A stretch of 64,000 bases of DNA from Octopus vulgaris (lineage: Eukaryota). Location of the stretch: the NCBI GenBank assembly GCA_951406725.2, contig OX597840.1, positions 38,068,001 to 38,132,000 of the forward strand, in the 5' to 3' direction. Below are positions 14,560 to 28,343 of this stretch, piece after piece (position 1 is the stretch's first letter; each line of letters begins with the position of its first letter). The notes beneath the pieces are model-generated. The model did not search any database. It was not told the DNA's origin and saw nothing but the letters and a program-made list of their open reading frames with translations. The translations under genes were made by a program, and so were the position numbers.

Positions 14560-14698
14560 GGTGTCGATATGGATGTGTTTCAGCGTGCATATAAATATAT
14601 TACATCTAAGAATCGTATATGCATTCATATTTACGGTCATATGCTTGAATCCACATCCACATACTCACATTTACATATTTATATGTATATATCAACTA

Positions 14699-14759
<61 letters not shown>

Positions 14760-14773
14760 TTGTGTGTGAGTGT

Positions 14774-14833
<60 letters not shown>

Positions 14834-15062
14834 GCATGCATCAATAGGAAGTCCATAAAGGAAATATAGATGGCTCGATATTCAAATGCGAATGCGTGTG
14901 TCAGTGTTTCCGTGTGTGTATATATACATATATTGCCTGTACAAATTGTAAGTCAACACGTAATCGCGTATGCGTGGAAAGATCCACACACACACACGTA
15001 CACATACACACAGACATATACGTATGGAAATGTATACAAATATAACCCAGTCATATATATAT

Positions 15063-15158
<96 letters not shown>

Positions 15159-15168
15159 TATATACATA

Positions 15169-15205
<37 letters not shown>

Positions 15206-16037
15206 TTATTTATTTATACATATATATGTATATACATATCTATAACAGTTCAACCTGATTCGTGTGATATCATTACAACACAATTCACGCATTCCCTGTC
15301 AGCACCAAACATGTAGAATTTTTTTTCTTTGAATTTCCCTCCGGTAACCGCTTTCATATATTCCTCTTTTATTCTACGTAAATATCGCTGTCACATCCAC
15401 TCCATCTTTCGCCTTCTCTTCTTTTTCTCTCTTTCTCTCACTACCATCCTCTCTCTCTGTCTACTTTTCTTTCCTACCATCACTTTTATGAGTCACTCTC
15501 TCTATCATTTTATCTCCCTCTTATTCTTCGCCTCTGTCTATCGTTCCGTTTCTCTCCCTTCTCTCTCACCCTATTCTCGCATTTTGCTCCTTATAGACTC
15601 GCAGTATTTGATAACCAGCTTGGAACATATGTAACCACACATTCACATATCCACATAATCATATATGCCTTGCACAAAGTATCTGTCATGTCAATTGCAT
15701 AGTGAGATACAATGTCTTCGAAATATTAGTCAATAACTAAACAGAATTATATCCAGCAACTAAAGGTATTGGACATATTATCGAAATCAGGTAATCGTAA
15801 TCACAAGAAATAGACTGAACATTACAATTAATCATGTTTTTGGTATTTACCTTGAGAGCCTTTTGTTGCGAAAATAATTGATATATTGGGCAATTCTGCT
15901 TTAGTTCAAGATAAAGAAAATGTCCGTTATATACATGCTTCCATTTATCTCAGTCACTCTCTCTCTCTCTCTCTCTGTACTCACACACACATGCACACAT
16001 GCACACACACCCACATATATATATATGTAACTATGTA

Positions 16038-16069
<32 letters not shown>

Positions 16070-16399
16070 TGTGTGTGTAAGTCGAGTTCGAGGTTATAAT
16101 ATCTAATGGTTAAAGTATCTGTATATACTATGTAGATATTGATTGGCATCGGGTGCGGAAACGGCCGTAATATTTGTTAGGTCACATACATGTTATGCAA
16201 TATTTTGTATTAAATGATAAGCTATTAATGCGATCGAATTGATGTGTATGTACATATAGAAGCATATATACATACAGGACACAAAAAGACGTGGACAGAA
16301 CGAGAAACGAGAAAAAAGATCGTTTTCTATGTTTTTGTTTTTATGTTCTCTTTCTGATCACGTTTTTTCATGTCGTATACCTGTATATGCGTCTATATA

Positions 16400-16441
<42 letters not shown>

Positions 16442-16445
16442 TTAC

Positions 16446-16507
<62 letters not shown>

Positions 16508-16691
16508 TAAAATATTAGGGAATAAATCCAAACTTACAGGGAAAAATCAGATTTAGGATTGAATCCAATTTTATAGTAAAAACCACTATTAGGCAAATCA
16601 AACAATGAAAAACTTAAGCCAATACATGAGATTAACTAATTTATATTATTTTAAATATATATCAAAATTATTAAAAGAAGATAATTAATAT

Positions 16692-16758
16692 AACACTACG
16701 ATCGTTTCATGGCTGTCCAATTCGTAAAAATTCGAGTTACAGTCATTCTTCAGGTGAT
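16692..16758 (-). ncRNA. Type I minimal hammerhead ribozyme motif, intact core
   Basis: Minus strand: AUCAC-CUGAAGA-AUGACUGU...ACAGCCAU-GAAA-CGAUCG-UA-GUGUU. Stems I and II pair with single mismatches, stem III is palindromic, and the cleavage triplet is GUA. Confidence 0.82.
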
Positions 16759-16814
16759 TGAAATATTTAACTTGGCGAGTTCATTGATTAAACCTCGCCA
16801 AGTTAAATATTTCA

Positions 16815-16881
16815 ATCACCTCAAGAATGACTGTAACTCGAATTTTTACGAATTGGACAGCCATGAAACGATCGTAGTGTT
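16815..16881 (+). ncRNA. Hammerhead motif, mirror copy with mutated core (CUCAAGA)
   Basis: Same sequence as the minus-strand copy except G5->C at 16822, so probably inactive. Confidence 0.7.
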
Positions 16882-17137
16882 ATAATAATTATCTTTTTTT
16901 AATAATTTTGATATATATTTAAAATAATATAAATTAATTAATCATATGTATTGGCTTAAGTTTTTCATTGTATGATTTGCCTAATAGTGGTTTTATCTCT
17001 AATTTAATATAATACATATAAAAATGTATATAAATTACTGATTTGGTTACAATTTCGACATATATACATTTAGGTATATCAATCTATCTATAAATCTATA
17101 TCTATGCATAGATATATATACATACATATATACATAC

Positions 17138-17189
<52 letters not shown>

Positions 17190-17261
17190 TAGGAAAAAAC
17201 ACTTTTTTATCTATTCAATAATGAAAATTTTCATTATACCATTTAGAAAATTTACATATAG

Positions 17262-17617
17262 AATGCACCAATTCACACAGCTAAATTGTTACTGAATGGC
17301 ATGAGGAACATTCTAGTGAAGTTGAAATTCGTAAGTGGCTAACACATTCTCCGGGTCTAAGTATTATTGAATAATCATGGTGCATTTTAGAAAAATTTGT
17401 AAGGAGACAATATCTCCACCATCATAACGACAAGAACTGGAGACTGTTTTAGTTGGGGAATGGACAAAAATTCCTTTGGAAACAATTCAAACTTTGTACG
17501 AGTCCATACCTCGTAGAATTCAAGCTGTAATTACTGCCAGACGCAGTTGTATCCCACATTAAAATAAATTTCTTTGAAATTTTTAAGATGTTTCCATTAC
17601 TTTTTCGAATACCTGTA
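17262..17617 (+). mobile_element. Tc1-family transposon 3' fossil (transposase C-terminus and right TIR)
   Basis: Translates with stops/frameshifts as NAPIHTA..EWHEEHSSEVEIRKWLTHSPGLSIIE*SW..GEWTKIPLETIQTLYESIPRRIQAVITAR, matching Tc1 DNAPxH / WPxxSPDLNxIE / SxPRRxxAVI. It ends ...CGAATACCTG|TA. Confidence 0.88.
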
Positions 17618-18163
17618 TATATTAGACCGACAGATAGATAGATAAATAGATACATAGATAGAAAGAGAGATAGATAAATACACACACAAACACATACACA
17701 CATATATATATATATAAATATATATACACAGGCACAGACACATACACACACATATGTATATTTATATGCATATATATATACATATGTATATGTGTGAAAG
17801 TGCATACGTGTGTTCGATCGTATGCGCACGTGTGAGTGATGCATTATATCTGATTTACGACCGCATTGATTGGATATGCTTAACTATGAATATTTAAGTG
17901 ATTTCTCCAATAAAAGATCAGTTCCTAGAAATGCCTGGGAGGAAGCTGTAAGTCTTTGCTCGGACACTCGTCTCACAACAGAAGGACACTCACAACAGAA
18001 GGAGCTGTAGGCGAAAAAAAGGGATTAAGCAAATCCTATCGTTTTGTCACTTTTTTAATAATTCTGCACATACCCATCGATATATATTTGTATGCATGCG
18101 CACACACACATTTACATGAACACACATACACACATACATACATACACACGCACACACACACAT

Positions 18164-18218
<55 letters not shown>

Positions 18219-18220
<2 letters not shown>

Positions 18221-18738
18221 AAAAATTGTAAAAATGCAGAATGCTAAATTGAAAGAAAATTTTAATGAAATGAGAAATTTATAAAATATATAAATATATA
18301 TTTATTCAGAACCGGTTTTCGTCCTGTTTTGCCAACATCCTAAATTAAACTAAACAACACATGGCCTTAATCCCATTGGATCCTAATACCTCAAGGTAAT
18401 TTTTTCGTGAACAATCATTAAACTCAAGATACACAACGAACTCACAATGTATCGGAGTACTTATTTTTAAATTTTTATACATATTTATTATTATTCTTTT
18501 GCAAAAAACAATGCAACTTCTTTTGCCCCTTTCTCATTTTTAAAAAGCTTTTTCACCTAACTATTCTTGATAAGTCAAACTATGACGAAAACCGGTTCTG
18601 AATAAAAATATATTTATATATTTTATCAATTTCTCATATCATTAAAATTATCTTTCAATTTAGCATTCTGCATTTTTACAATTTTTGTTTGCTTATCATT
18701 TCTCCACATGCCGTCAACACAACCCCACCATTTATTGA

Positions 18739-18740
<2 letters not shown>
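18219..18740. mobile_element. Fold-back Penelope-like element between two (TA)n tracts
   Basis: Inverted arms at 18221-18323 and 18584-18686, a ~55 nt tail on the right, and a hammerhead-like motif at 18562-18604. Confidence 0.7.
18562..18604 (+). ncRNA. Hammerhead-like motif with U3-A8 core (UUGAUAA)
   Basis: UAUUC-UUGAUAA-GUCA(aacua)UGAC-GAAA-ACCGGU-UC-(U)GAAUA. Stem II is perfect and stem III palindromic, but stem I is one nucleotide out of register. Confidence 0.55.
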
Positions 18741-18773
<33 letters not shown>

Positions 18774-18912
18774 CAAAACAAGCATACATACATATACGCA
18801 TACGCCAACGTCTATAGTTTTACCTTTAGAAGTTAAGAAGCGACCTTTATTATTTATACACGCACACACACACACACACAATTACGCACACACAACCACC
18901 CTTCTACACACC

Positions 18913-18957
<45 letters not shown>

Positions 18958-19059
18958 GTATATATAGGTGTGTATGTGTGTATATATATACGCATATGTG
19001 TGCGTATGCTTTTTTGGGTATATATATATTATCTGTTATACCCGACCGCCATAATTTCT

Positions 19060-19383
19060 GTAATTCTTCTACTGCGGACACCAAACCTGAAATACGGGTG
19101 GGAAGATTGGTCGGGTACATCGACCCAACTGCAACATTGCTGCGTATTTTAACAACCCAGAAAGGGTGAGGAGTAATGGAGATCTCGATGGAATTCGACC
19201 TCGGAAAATAAAGCTGGAATAAATGCCGCTAGCAACGATTCTGCCAGGTCACTGCTTTCGCCGAGGTCGACTTTGCCTTTCATCCTTTCGGGGTCGATAA
19301 ATTAAGTACCAGTTACGCACTGGGGTCGATCTAATCGACTTAATCCATTTGTCTCTCCTTGTTTGTGCCCTCTGACAATAATA
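19060..19383. mobile_element. Two abutting SINE family B pieces (old - copy 19060-19256, headless + copy 19258-19383)
   Basis: AACGATTCTGCCAGGTCAC is the reversed head. CGCCGAGGTCGACTTTGCCTTTCATCCTTTCGGGGTCGATAAATTAAGTACCAG is the body. Confidence 0.8.
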
Positions 19384-19655
19384 AACACACGCACTGGCAA
19401 TATTTCATTTGGTTATTGTTCATCAACTGCTTAACTATTTCATCATCTAACGATTCGATTAATTGTTTTATCAATAAGTTCATCAATAGATGAGTTATAT
19501 TTGTAAACGTCCTGATCTTGTATAGAGAAAAATATGCCATTGAAGAATTCAGAAATGGCGACGAACACAGGATGCAAATCCACAAGAAATTTCGCTTATT
19601 ATTCTCCCACCTCATCGCTATTTCATGATGTATGTATTGTCTAAAAACAAGCAGA

Positions 19656-20060
19656 TAGGCTCAGGAGTGGCTGTGTGGTAAGTAGCTTGTTTACCAACCA
19701 CATGGTTCCGGGTTCAGTCCCACTGCGTGGCACCTTCGACAAGTGCCTTCAACTATATCCTCGGGTCTACCAAAGCCTTGTGAGTGGATTTGGTAGACGG
19801 AAACTGAAAGAAGCCCGTCGTATATATGTATATATATGTATGTGCGTGTATGTTTGTGTGTCTGTGTTTGTCCCCCTAGCATTGCTTGACAACCGATGCT
19901 GGTGTGTTAATGTCCCCGTCACTTAGCGGTTCGGCAAAAGGGACCGATATAATAAGTACTGGGCTTACAAAGAATAAGTCCCGAGGTCGAGTAGCTCGAT
20001 TAAAGGCGGTGCTCCAGCATGGCCGCAGTCAAAATGACTGAAACAAGCAAAAAGAAAAAT
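19656..20060 (+). mobile_element. tRNA-derived SINE family C, full length
   Basis: AGGCTCAGGAGTGGCTGTGTGG (A box), GGTTCAGTCCC (B-like), internal (TA)/(TG) tract, tail GCTCCAGCATGGCCGCAGTCAAAATGACTGAAACAAG. More than 10 related copies in the window. Confidence 0.93.
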
Positions 20061-20236
20061 AAACAACCAGATCACATCAATGATCCCTGGCAGAACTGTA
20101 TCATTGTAAAACATGGAGTAACAATTACAGTAGCAAATGTCTAATGTCCGATGAATCAATATTACACATGACAAAATGTATGAAGAATTCACAGGTAAAA
20201 ATGATCAGTTTTGCCTTCTATCCTTCCGTTTTATCG

Positions 20237-20458
20237 TTGGCAGAAACGTTAGGACGCCGGGCGAAATGCATGGCCGTATTTCGTCTGCCGTTACGTTCTG
20301 AGTTCAAATTCCGCCGAGGTCGACTTTGCCTTTCATCTTTTCGGAGTCGATAAATTAAGCACCAGTTGCGCACTGGAGTCGATGTAATCGACTTAATCCG
20401 TTTGTCTGTCCTTGTTTGTCCTCTCTGTGTTTAGCCCCTTGTGGGTAGTAAAGAAATA
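20237..20458 (+). mobile_element. SINE family B monomer
   Basis: TGGCAGAAACGTTAG..GAGTTCAAATTCCGCCGAGGTCGAC..GTGGGTAGTAAAGAAATA. Confidence 0.92.
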
Positions 20459-20583
20459 TATCGTATGCAATGAGAAACGACATAAACACCGAATACTATT
20501 CATTCGGTTCCCTACATACCTTGGCGCAAATAAGCATAGGTTAAGAACCTTTAACAATTCTAAATATTCTATATTTATCGAGT

Positions 20584-20963
20584 GTGGAGGCGCAATGGCC
20601 CAGTGGTTAGGGCAGCGGACTCGCGGTCGTAGGATCGCGGTTTCGATTCCCAGACCGGGCGTTGTGAGTGTTTATTGAGCGAAAACACCTAAAGCTTCAC
20701 AGGGCTCCTGCAGGGGGGTGGGTGAAACCTGCTGTACTCTTTCACCACAACCTTCTCTCACTCTTACTTCCTGTTTCTGTTGTACCTGTACTTCAAAGGG
20801 CCGGCCTTGTCACACTCTTCGTCACGCTGAATCTCCCCGAGAACTACGTTTAGGGTACACGTGTCTGTGGAATGCTCAGCCACTTGCAGTTAATTCCACG
20901 AGCAAGATGTTCCGTTGATCGTATCAGCTGGGACCCTCATCGTCGTAACCGACGGAGTGCTCC
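20584..20963 (+). mobile_element. SINE family A, full length
   Basis: Colinear with 7758-8139. TSD ATTTATCGAGT at 20573-20583 and 20967-20977. Confidence 0.93.
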
Positions 20964-21549
20964 TACATTTATCGAGTACATTCTCTGTGCAATATTTCTC
21001 CCAGAATGAATCTCTAATTCCAGGAATTCAACTTCGGTGATTGTTTCTTTCTTATATAGTAATTTCGTGCTTATACATCAACACCTTCTCCGTTTTCTCT
21101 TCTCCTGTCTTACAAGTTTGCCTATCAGGACTTCTGAAATTTGTGTATTCATATAACTTCTCTTTCCATTTCTTCTTTGCTGGGCTTTCCCTGAAGCACC
21201 ACAAACGAACGATACGAACCTATCGCTTATATTTCCATATATTCATTCGCGTGTGATTGGCGTTCCTCTGTGTGTGTGTATGCGTGTGTTTGTGTGCGTG
21301 TGTTTATGTGTGTGTGTGTGTGTGTGTGTGATAGAGAGTGTGTGTTTTTGGAAAGTGAATTACATACGTCTACACACTTGTCAATCTTTCCCGCTCTCCA
21401 CACTCTACACACTTCCCTCTATAATCTCTTTCGAAATATATAGCGTTGTCTATATATACTTTTAAAGAAAACATCTCCAGGTGTACACACACATGCACAC
21501 ACACACATGCACACACACACATTCACACACCCACCCGTATATATATATA

Positions 21550-21590
<41 letters not shown>

Positions 21591-21828
21591 ATATAAATAT
21601 ATATATATACATATATATGTATGTATATATATAAATATATACATATACATGTGCATATATATATATATATGTATAGGCATGTGTGTATATATATATGTGC
21701 GTGTGTGTGCATAGACATATACATACATACGTATATATATATATATGTGTGTGTGTATATATATGAATGCATTTATGTATGTATACATGTATGTATATGT
21801 ATTTATATATATATGTGTGTGTGTGTGA

Positions 21829-21871
<43 letters not shown>

Positions 21872-22366
21872 AGGGTGGTTTTGTTTTGTTTTTTCCTGTA
21901 TACACCCCCCACCAATCCATCCTTACACACAACACACTTAGTATCATATGTAACAGTAAGTGAGTAAAATCTATGTTTGGTGGATTTTCTCTGTTATTGC
22001 TATTGTCCTCATCGTCGACGTCGCTCCAGTTATTGCCGTTGTTGTTGTTGTTGTTGTTCTTGTTGTTGTTTTTGGTGTTGTTGTTGTTTGCGTTGTTCTT
22101 CGTTTCTTCATATCTCTTGTATTCGTCAGACCATGACAGCTCTATGGAATATCGGAAAGATGCTTGTGAAATGCCTAAATGGAAAAATGGTTTTGGAATC
22201 TAAAGAGAAAAACAGACAGCAGCAGAAAACAATACTCGAAATAAATAAATAAAGAAAAATAAAATGAATAAATAAAATGAACAATATAGGATAGAAAACG
22301 GAAGCATAACAAAAACACGAAATAAAATATTAAAAATATGGAAAGAAATAAAACTGAAAACTGCGA

Positions 22367-22396
<30 letters not shown>

Positions 22397-22399
<3 letters not shown>

Positions 22400-22441
22400 C
22401 TTCTTCATGTGTAAGTTTTGTTTTCAATATTTCATATATAT

Positions 22442-22506
<65 letters not shown>

Positions 22507-22536
22507 TGAAAACAAGACTTACTCATGAAGAAGTTA
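22397..22536. repeat. ~39 bp inverted repeat bracketing a (TA)n spacer
   Basis: TAACTTCTTCATGTGTAAGTTTTGTTTTCAATATTTCATA / TATGAAATATTGAAAACAAGACTTACTCATGAAGAAGTTA, two mismatches. Confidence 0.9.
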
Positions 22537-22880
22537 GTATAAAGACCACAATGATATGTGTGTGTGTTAGAGAGAAAGTACATATATACATATATACATA
22601 CATACAAATATATAAATATATACGTGTATGTGAGTGCGTGTGTGTTTGTGCATAGGTATAGAAAAGCTAAATAGGTATAGTAAGTAATCTTCCGTTTGTG
22701 CACTAAAAGTTAAGAACACCCATATATATTGATGTGTGTGTGCGTGTGTGTGTGTGTGGGTGTATGTATATTTTTGTGTAGCTAGAATTATACACATACA
22801 CCTGTACATATACGTATTCACACTTGGCTATGTTTATGTAAAGTATAATATATATATATATATAAATACGTATATATATA

Positions 22881-22960
<80 letters not shown>

Positions 22961-23076
22961 GACTATATATGTCTGTTTGTGTACATATACGTATTCTTAC
23001 ATGGCTATGTGTATGTAAAGTGTAATATATATATTAATACGTGTATATATATGTGTGTATGTATATATACATATAA

Positions 23077-23122
<46 letters not shown>

Positions 23123-23819
23123 AGTATGTATGTCTGCGTTTGTGTGTGTGTATGTATATGTCTGAACTGTGTGTATTCACGCACAAATATCACCAACGTA
23201 TATTTTCTGTCATATTCCAGAGAACCTTCATCTGAAAATTCAAATTTTTACTTGTTTTCCACGTCGTTTTCCTCCATATTGATAATGTTTTTCTTCCATC
23301 GCAGTGAGTTTCACGAATTTTCGATCTGGAATTCTTTGAAACCTGTTAAAATGGAAAGTGGAGCATCGTTGAAGAAATAGAACAGATGAGAAATATAATA
23401 GAATTAACATTCCGATTCCACAGTTAAACAACTGTCATGAACCACTTAACGGCGGGAATTCGATTACATCGTTGGATCTAACTTCTTTTTCTCTTTGAAA
23501 GCGATGCCTACGATGCACTCTTTCCGCGTATAAACGGATTCATTTGACCTTCTACGATGATACTGACATAAAGTTAGAAGCAGCCTGTTTTGCATGCTAA
23601 ATCTCTATGTCGCGTATATTCTTTATTGCGAATTACTCAGAAGACCATTTATAATTCCGGTTGCCAACGGTTGGTGAGAATGATGCAACGAACGGCTCAG
23701 ACTGAAGATACTTTGTAAAGGTTATTCGGGGAGGGTAAAATGTATCTGTGATCTTCGGTATTTACAAAGTCACTGAGATTATTGCAAGGATGAGTTGGAG
23801 ATTTACTCAAACCAAGGAC

Positions 23820-24230
23820 CTTTTTCTAGCTCTCTACAAACGAATAAAGTCTGTTGAAAAAAATTCCATGCACCATATTTTTCCGTTACATAAAGGTCTT
23901 TGCTACTTTTGAAGTATCCGTTGGCGACGACGTGTTCTCCACTGAGCGGAACCCATGAACTGTCTATTGTTCTTCAATCCAGTTATATCCCAGCTTTTTC
24001 AGCGCTATCTGAATGTTAAATCCCCCTTGCTCAACATTTTGTGTATCAATTTGCTGCCTGTCATGTCCTCCAGGGAAGACCTGGAGGACATGACAGGCAC
24101 ACCTATTGATAAATCTGTCAATTTTCTTCGTTTTAAAGACTTATCAAGGATCATTTTAATCCCTCTTTCAAAATGACAAGCGATCCTATCTTATTAAAGC
24201 TGTAGGACAATATGATTAACAAATCTTATG
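23820..24230 (-). mobile_element. Possible highly decayed Tc1-like transposase N-terminal fossil
   Basis: Minus-strand pieces read PG(L)P(W)RT (GRPR-like), PLSGEH/RRQRI and W..FFS in Tc1 order, across frameshifts. Confidence 0.35.
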
Positions 24231-27200
24231 AACTACAAGCTTGGTGGCTGGTTATTAATAACAAGGCTAAGTTTATTGACTACACGTATAGAACTATTAG
24301 TAAGTCTAAAAAGGGACATTGATTTCTTTATTAGCCACAAGGGTTCAATATAGATAGGGACAAACAAAGACGGACAGGACACCACAGAGGGAACAATACA
24401 TAGAACGAATATGATTGAGATGATTATATAACAATGAGGTTATGAATGGCTGCATGCGCCCCTCATCACATGCATTACCATTAATCTTTTTAAAATCTCC
24501 GTTTTTATCATGTATTTACAAAATTATTGTATACCATGACAAGTATTTGAACCGTTATATACGTTCTCTAAAATTGTTGTATTTTTCAATATTTTTAAAA
24601 TGACATGAAACACTTACTCTTTCTTTTTTCCTTTTGATTCCTCCTTTTTCTCTTTTATTATTTTTTTTTCCTGTCAATTTAACATACTTATTTACTTTTT
24701 AGTAATATTTCATTAGTGGTTCAATTTCTACTAAATCCACAACTGGTGGCAATTCTTTGAATTCCACCCTTCCTCCTGGTCGGTCAATATTATCTCCACA
24801 CATTTCTTTCAGTCTCTTGTAATTTTTCTCTTCGATCCCTATCGCCTTCATATCCTCTGCATATATTTAAATTGTATAATATGTCTCAGAGAAGTGCTGA
24901 GGAATAGTTATCTTCGGTACGCCCTGAAGGATCTTCGGTATAATCTATCGAAATATCGTCTATAGAATACAACGAATACAAGGAATGTTTCTTTGGAGGA
25001 ATTACTGTGTCTTTGTGTATATCAGAGGTTCTTAAACGTTATTTTTCTCATTTTGTAGTGTCCCGTTTTAAGCAGCCGTGGTGCCTCACTCGCCATAGAA
25101 GTAGTGAGTGGGGAATTACCACTAAACTAACGTATGTTGGATGATATTTCATAATTTTTACTCAAATGATAACGCAACTAGAAAATACTAATCAAGACAA
25201 AAATATAACGTGAAAAATTAATTATTTTTGTTCGACCACGCCTTTATCTGCGACATATATACTTACCTCTAATTTTATTTTAATAATCTTTCCCAGTTTT
25301 ATCATGTATAGATTAATTAGCATTATAGGTAAAATTTAATATGTAAAATATGTTACCTCACCGCCCCCAAGGACTAAAGCCCATTTTGGGGTAGTGCCTG
25401 CCACGTTGAAGAATTCTGACCAAGAGAAACTACAGATGGATGCGTTGTTGCTTGACATCCTCGGTATAGCAAGCAAAAGTGTCTTAAATCACACCTAGTC
25501 GTCTTTTTGCTTAGAAGCACAGAGACATATTTTGCTTCAAAGGACACAAATTTGACGGTTAGAATAGCTCAGATCATAGGTCTGTTCGAATCGGGAAGAG
25601 CCGTGTCAAAACAACAATAAAGGTAACTTCTAAGTAAATATTTATTTCGATAACTGCTGATGAAACCTGGTTTGGGCAATAAGAATCAATAGTAATGAGA
25701 TACAATCTTTTAGCAGATTAGTCTCACACATGAAGTATGGTGAATAAATACACTTTATTAACAGACAGGATATACACACACGTAGTTGATTATTTATGTT
25801 GGACAGGGTGTTAAGAAATAAGTGCTGAATTTCGGATGGGTTAGAGTTAATATCAGACAGGTGTTAAAAAATCCGAACAACTGAACATCTAAATTGACTG
25901 TGTTGCATTATATAACAAGAGCGTACAACAGCTCGTAATGTTGCCAGAGTAAAGCTTTAAAACCTTCAACGTTGTTAACAAGTTGAGATTGTTAGAAATG
26001 AAGAAAATGATATTACAGACAAGTTTGACATAAATTAATCACAAGACAGCAAACAAACGTGGCGCTATAAATTCCAAGAGATCTTCTAAGTCCACCTTTG
26101 TTCAACGCAAATACATGAAGACAAAGGTAAAAAAATATATAACCGTAAATATAAAACAAACATGTAAAATATTTATGATAATATCTTCTGATGTACAAGA
26201 AGCAATGTTTACATTACACATGTGTGTATATTCTGTGTATAATGTTTATATTATACATGTGTGTATAATGTGTGTATAATGCTTCCATTATGCATGTGTG
26301 GGAATGTGCTGGAGGGTATGTTTGTTTGATTATATGTCAGTGTGTGTTTAAGATGTATATATTTCTTATGTCTCTAGAGAAGCTGCTATGGAGTTATGGT
26401 GGTAAAGATACCAGCGAAACACAGGACAGTGTTCGGGGTTGCAAAGGCTGAAGGCCATAAACAGGTGATATATTCATTTCTCATCCTCTATTAAACATTC
26501 GCATATATGAACGTATGTATATGTGTATATGCACGTTCTTATGTTTACATGTTTACGAATATTTATATACGTATGGGTCGTTCTCTTTTTAATTTCATGT
26601 GCATATATTCATATGTGTCCAGTGTTTTACATGTCCAGCATTTGTCTCGAAATATCAGTGTTGGGCCTGGACATATAAAGTGAAATGTATCATTCATTCT
26701 AGTATATTTTATATCCAAACATAATTCGTTGAATCGTCATGCCTCGGAATATAACGATATATACAGAAACGACCAAACGTATATACATATCGAGAACTTC
26801 TTTCAAATGTCGGAATTCAAAAAATTCTGCGTCGATCAGTGACGCTAAATTGGCGGCCGAAATGCAGCTCTACATAGACATCTCCAATCCGAAGAATGAG
26901 TAACGAACCGGAAAGAAGAAGGGCCGAATTGGACAGAAGATCCATATATATTGTTCTAAATTTATCGTGCCACCGTCTGCAAATCAGTGTGTAACAGCAA
27001 TCTCGATCAAAAATTATAATCAGATAAATTTTGTGGATCTAGTGTATATAATTCATGGATACGAGGGTGGAATTGCATCTTTTCTTGGCACATATTTGTT
27101 ATGGATTTCGTTTGTTCTGTTGTTCCTACTCAAAGCTATGTAGGTTCACCGCCATTAATTCATACAGGCTTTGGCCATAATTACAAAAACTTTGCACGTC

Positions 27201-27324
27201 ACGGGTTAGAATCTTCCACACTATTGCTCTGTTTCTGACAGTATAACCATTCGCTTATGAGTGTACTCCCACACCTCTCTATCAAGCATTGTTTATATAC
27301 ATATATACATACACACATACATAC

Positions 27325-27423
<99 letters not shown>

Positions 27424-28282
27424 CACATAGATATATACATATACATATTTATATACATATACATACATATATATGTATATATGTACACGCATACATACAC
27501 ATATACAATCATACATACGCACGCAAACACGCGCAACATATGATTTTACTCCAAATATTTTTCTCTTTCTCTCATGCTTTCTCCCTTTTTTACTCTCTCC
27601 GACGTTCCCTAATTCTCCCTCATACACACTCACCCTTTTTCTTTCTCTCCCTCTCTCCTTCTCTCCCATGCTCTTTCTCTCCCACTCTCTCACTCGCTCC
27701 GACACCCCCTCTCACCCTCAAATATTTCACCGACACTAACAATACTTAGAAATTGTATGGAACTCTTACACTTCTGAATCAGCGTGAGAGGAGAAAGATT
27801 CTGCTACAGTGAAGAACGGAAAACATAGAACTGAGAGCCGGCTATTACCGGTGCACACTCTCGCAGATTGTTAAAAGACAAACCAAATCTTGCGTGCAGA
27901 TTTCACAATTTCAACAATGGCATTTTGTGTTTAATTGCCAAATGAATATCGCATATTCCAGCAGTTTACCTGTCATTCCGAGAAGATCTTATTGGTTATA
28001 AATCACGTTTGTTACTATACTTTGGCATACATCAATGGTCATAGTACAATAGTAATAATAAGAATGATGATGATGATGAGGATGGTGATGTTTATGATAA
28101 TAATAGTAATAATAATAATGAAAGTAATAACAACAACAATAGTAACAAGAATAATAATAATAATGATAATAATAAGTACAGCAATACTAATAACAATTGA
28201 AATAAAAGGGGATATGAGAGATTTTATGTATATACCTATATAGATATGTATGTATATGATAAACGTGACTGTGTATATGCCA

Positions 28283-28343
<61 letters not shown>

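Larger units (their letters stand above)
16505..16994. mobile_element. Fold-back Penelope-like non-autonomous element next to (TA)n
   Basis: Near-perfect ~200 bp inverted arms at 16579-16779 and 16794-16994 with a 14 nt spacer. A ~75 nt unpaired tail lies on the left. Each arm contains a hammerhead motif. Confidence 0.8.
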
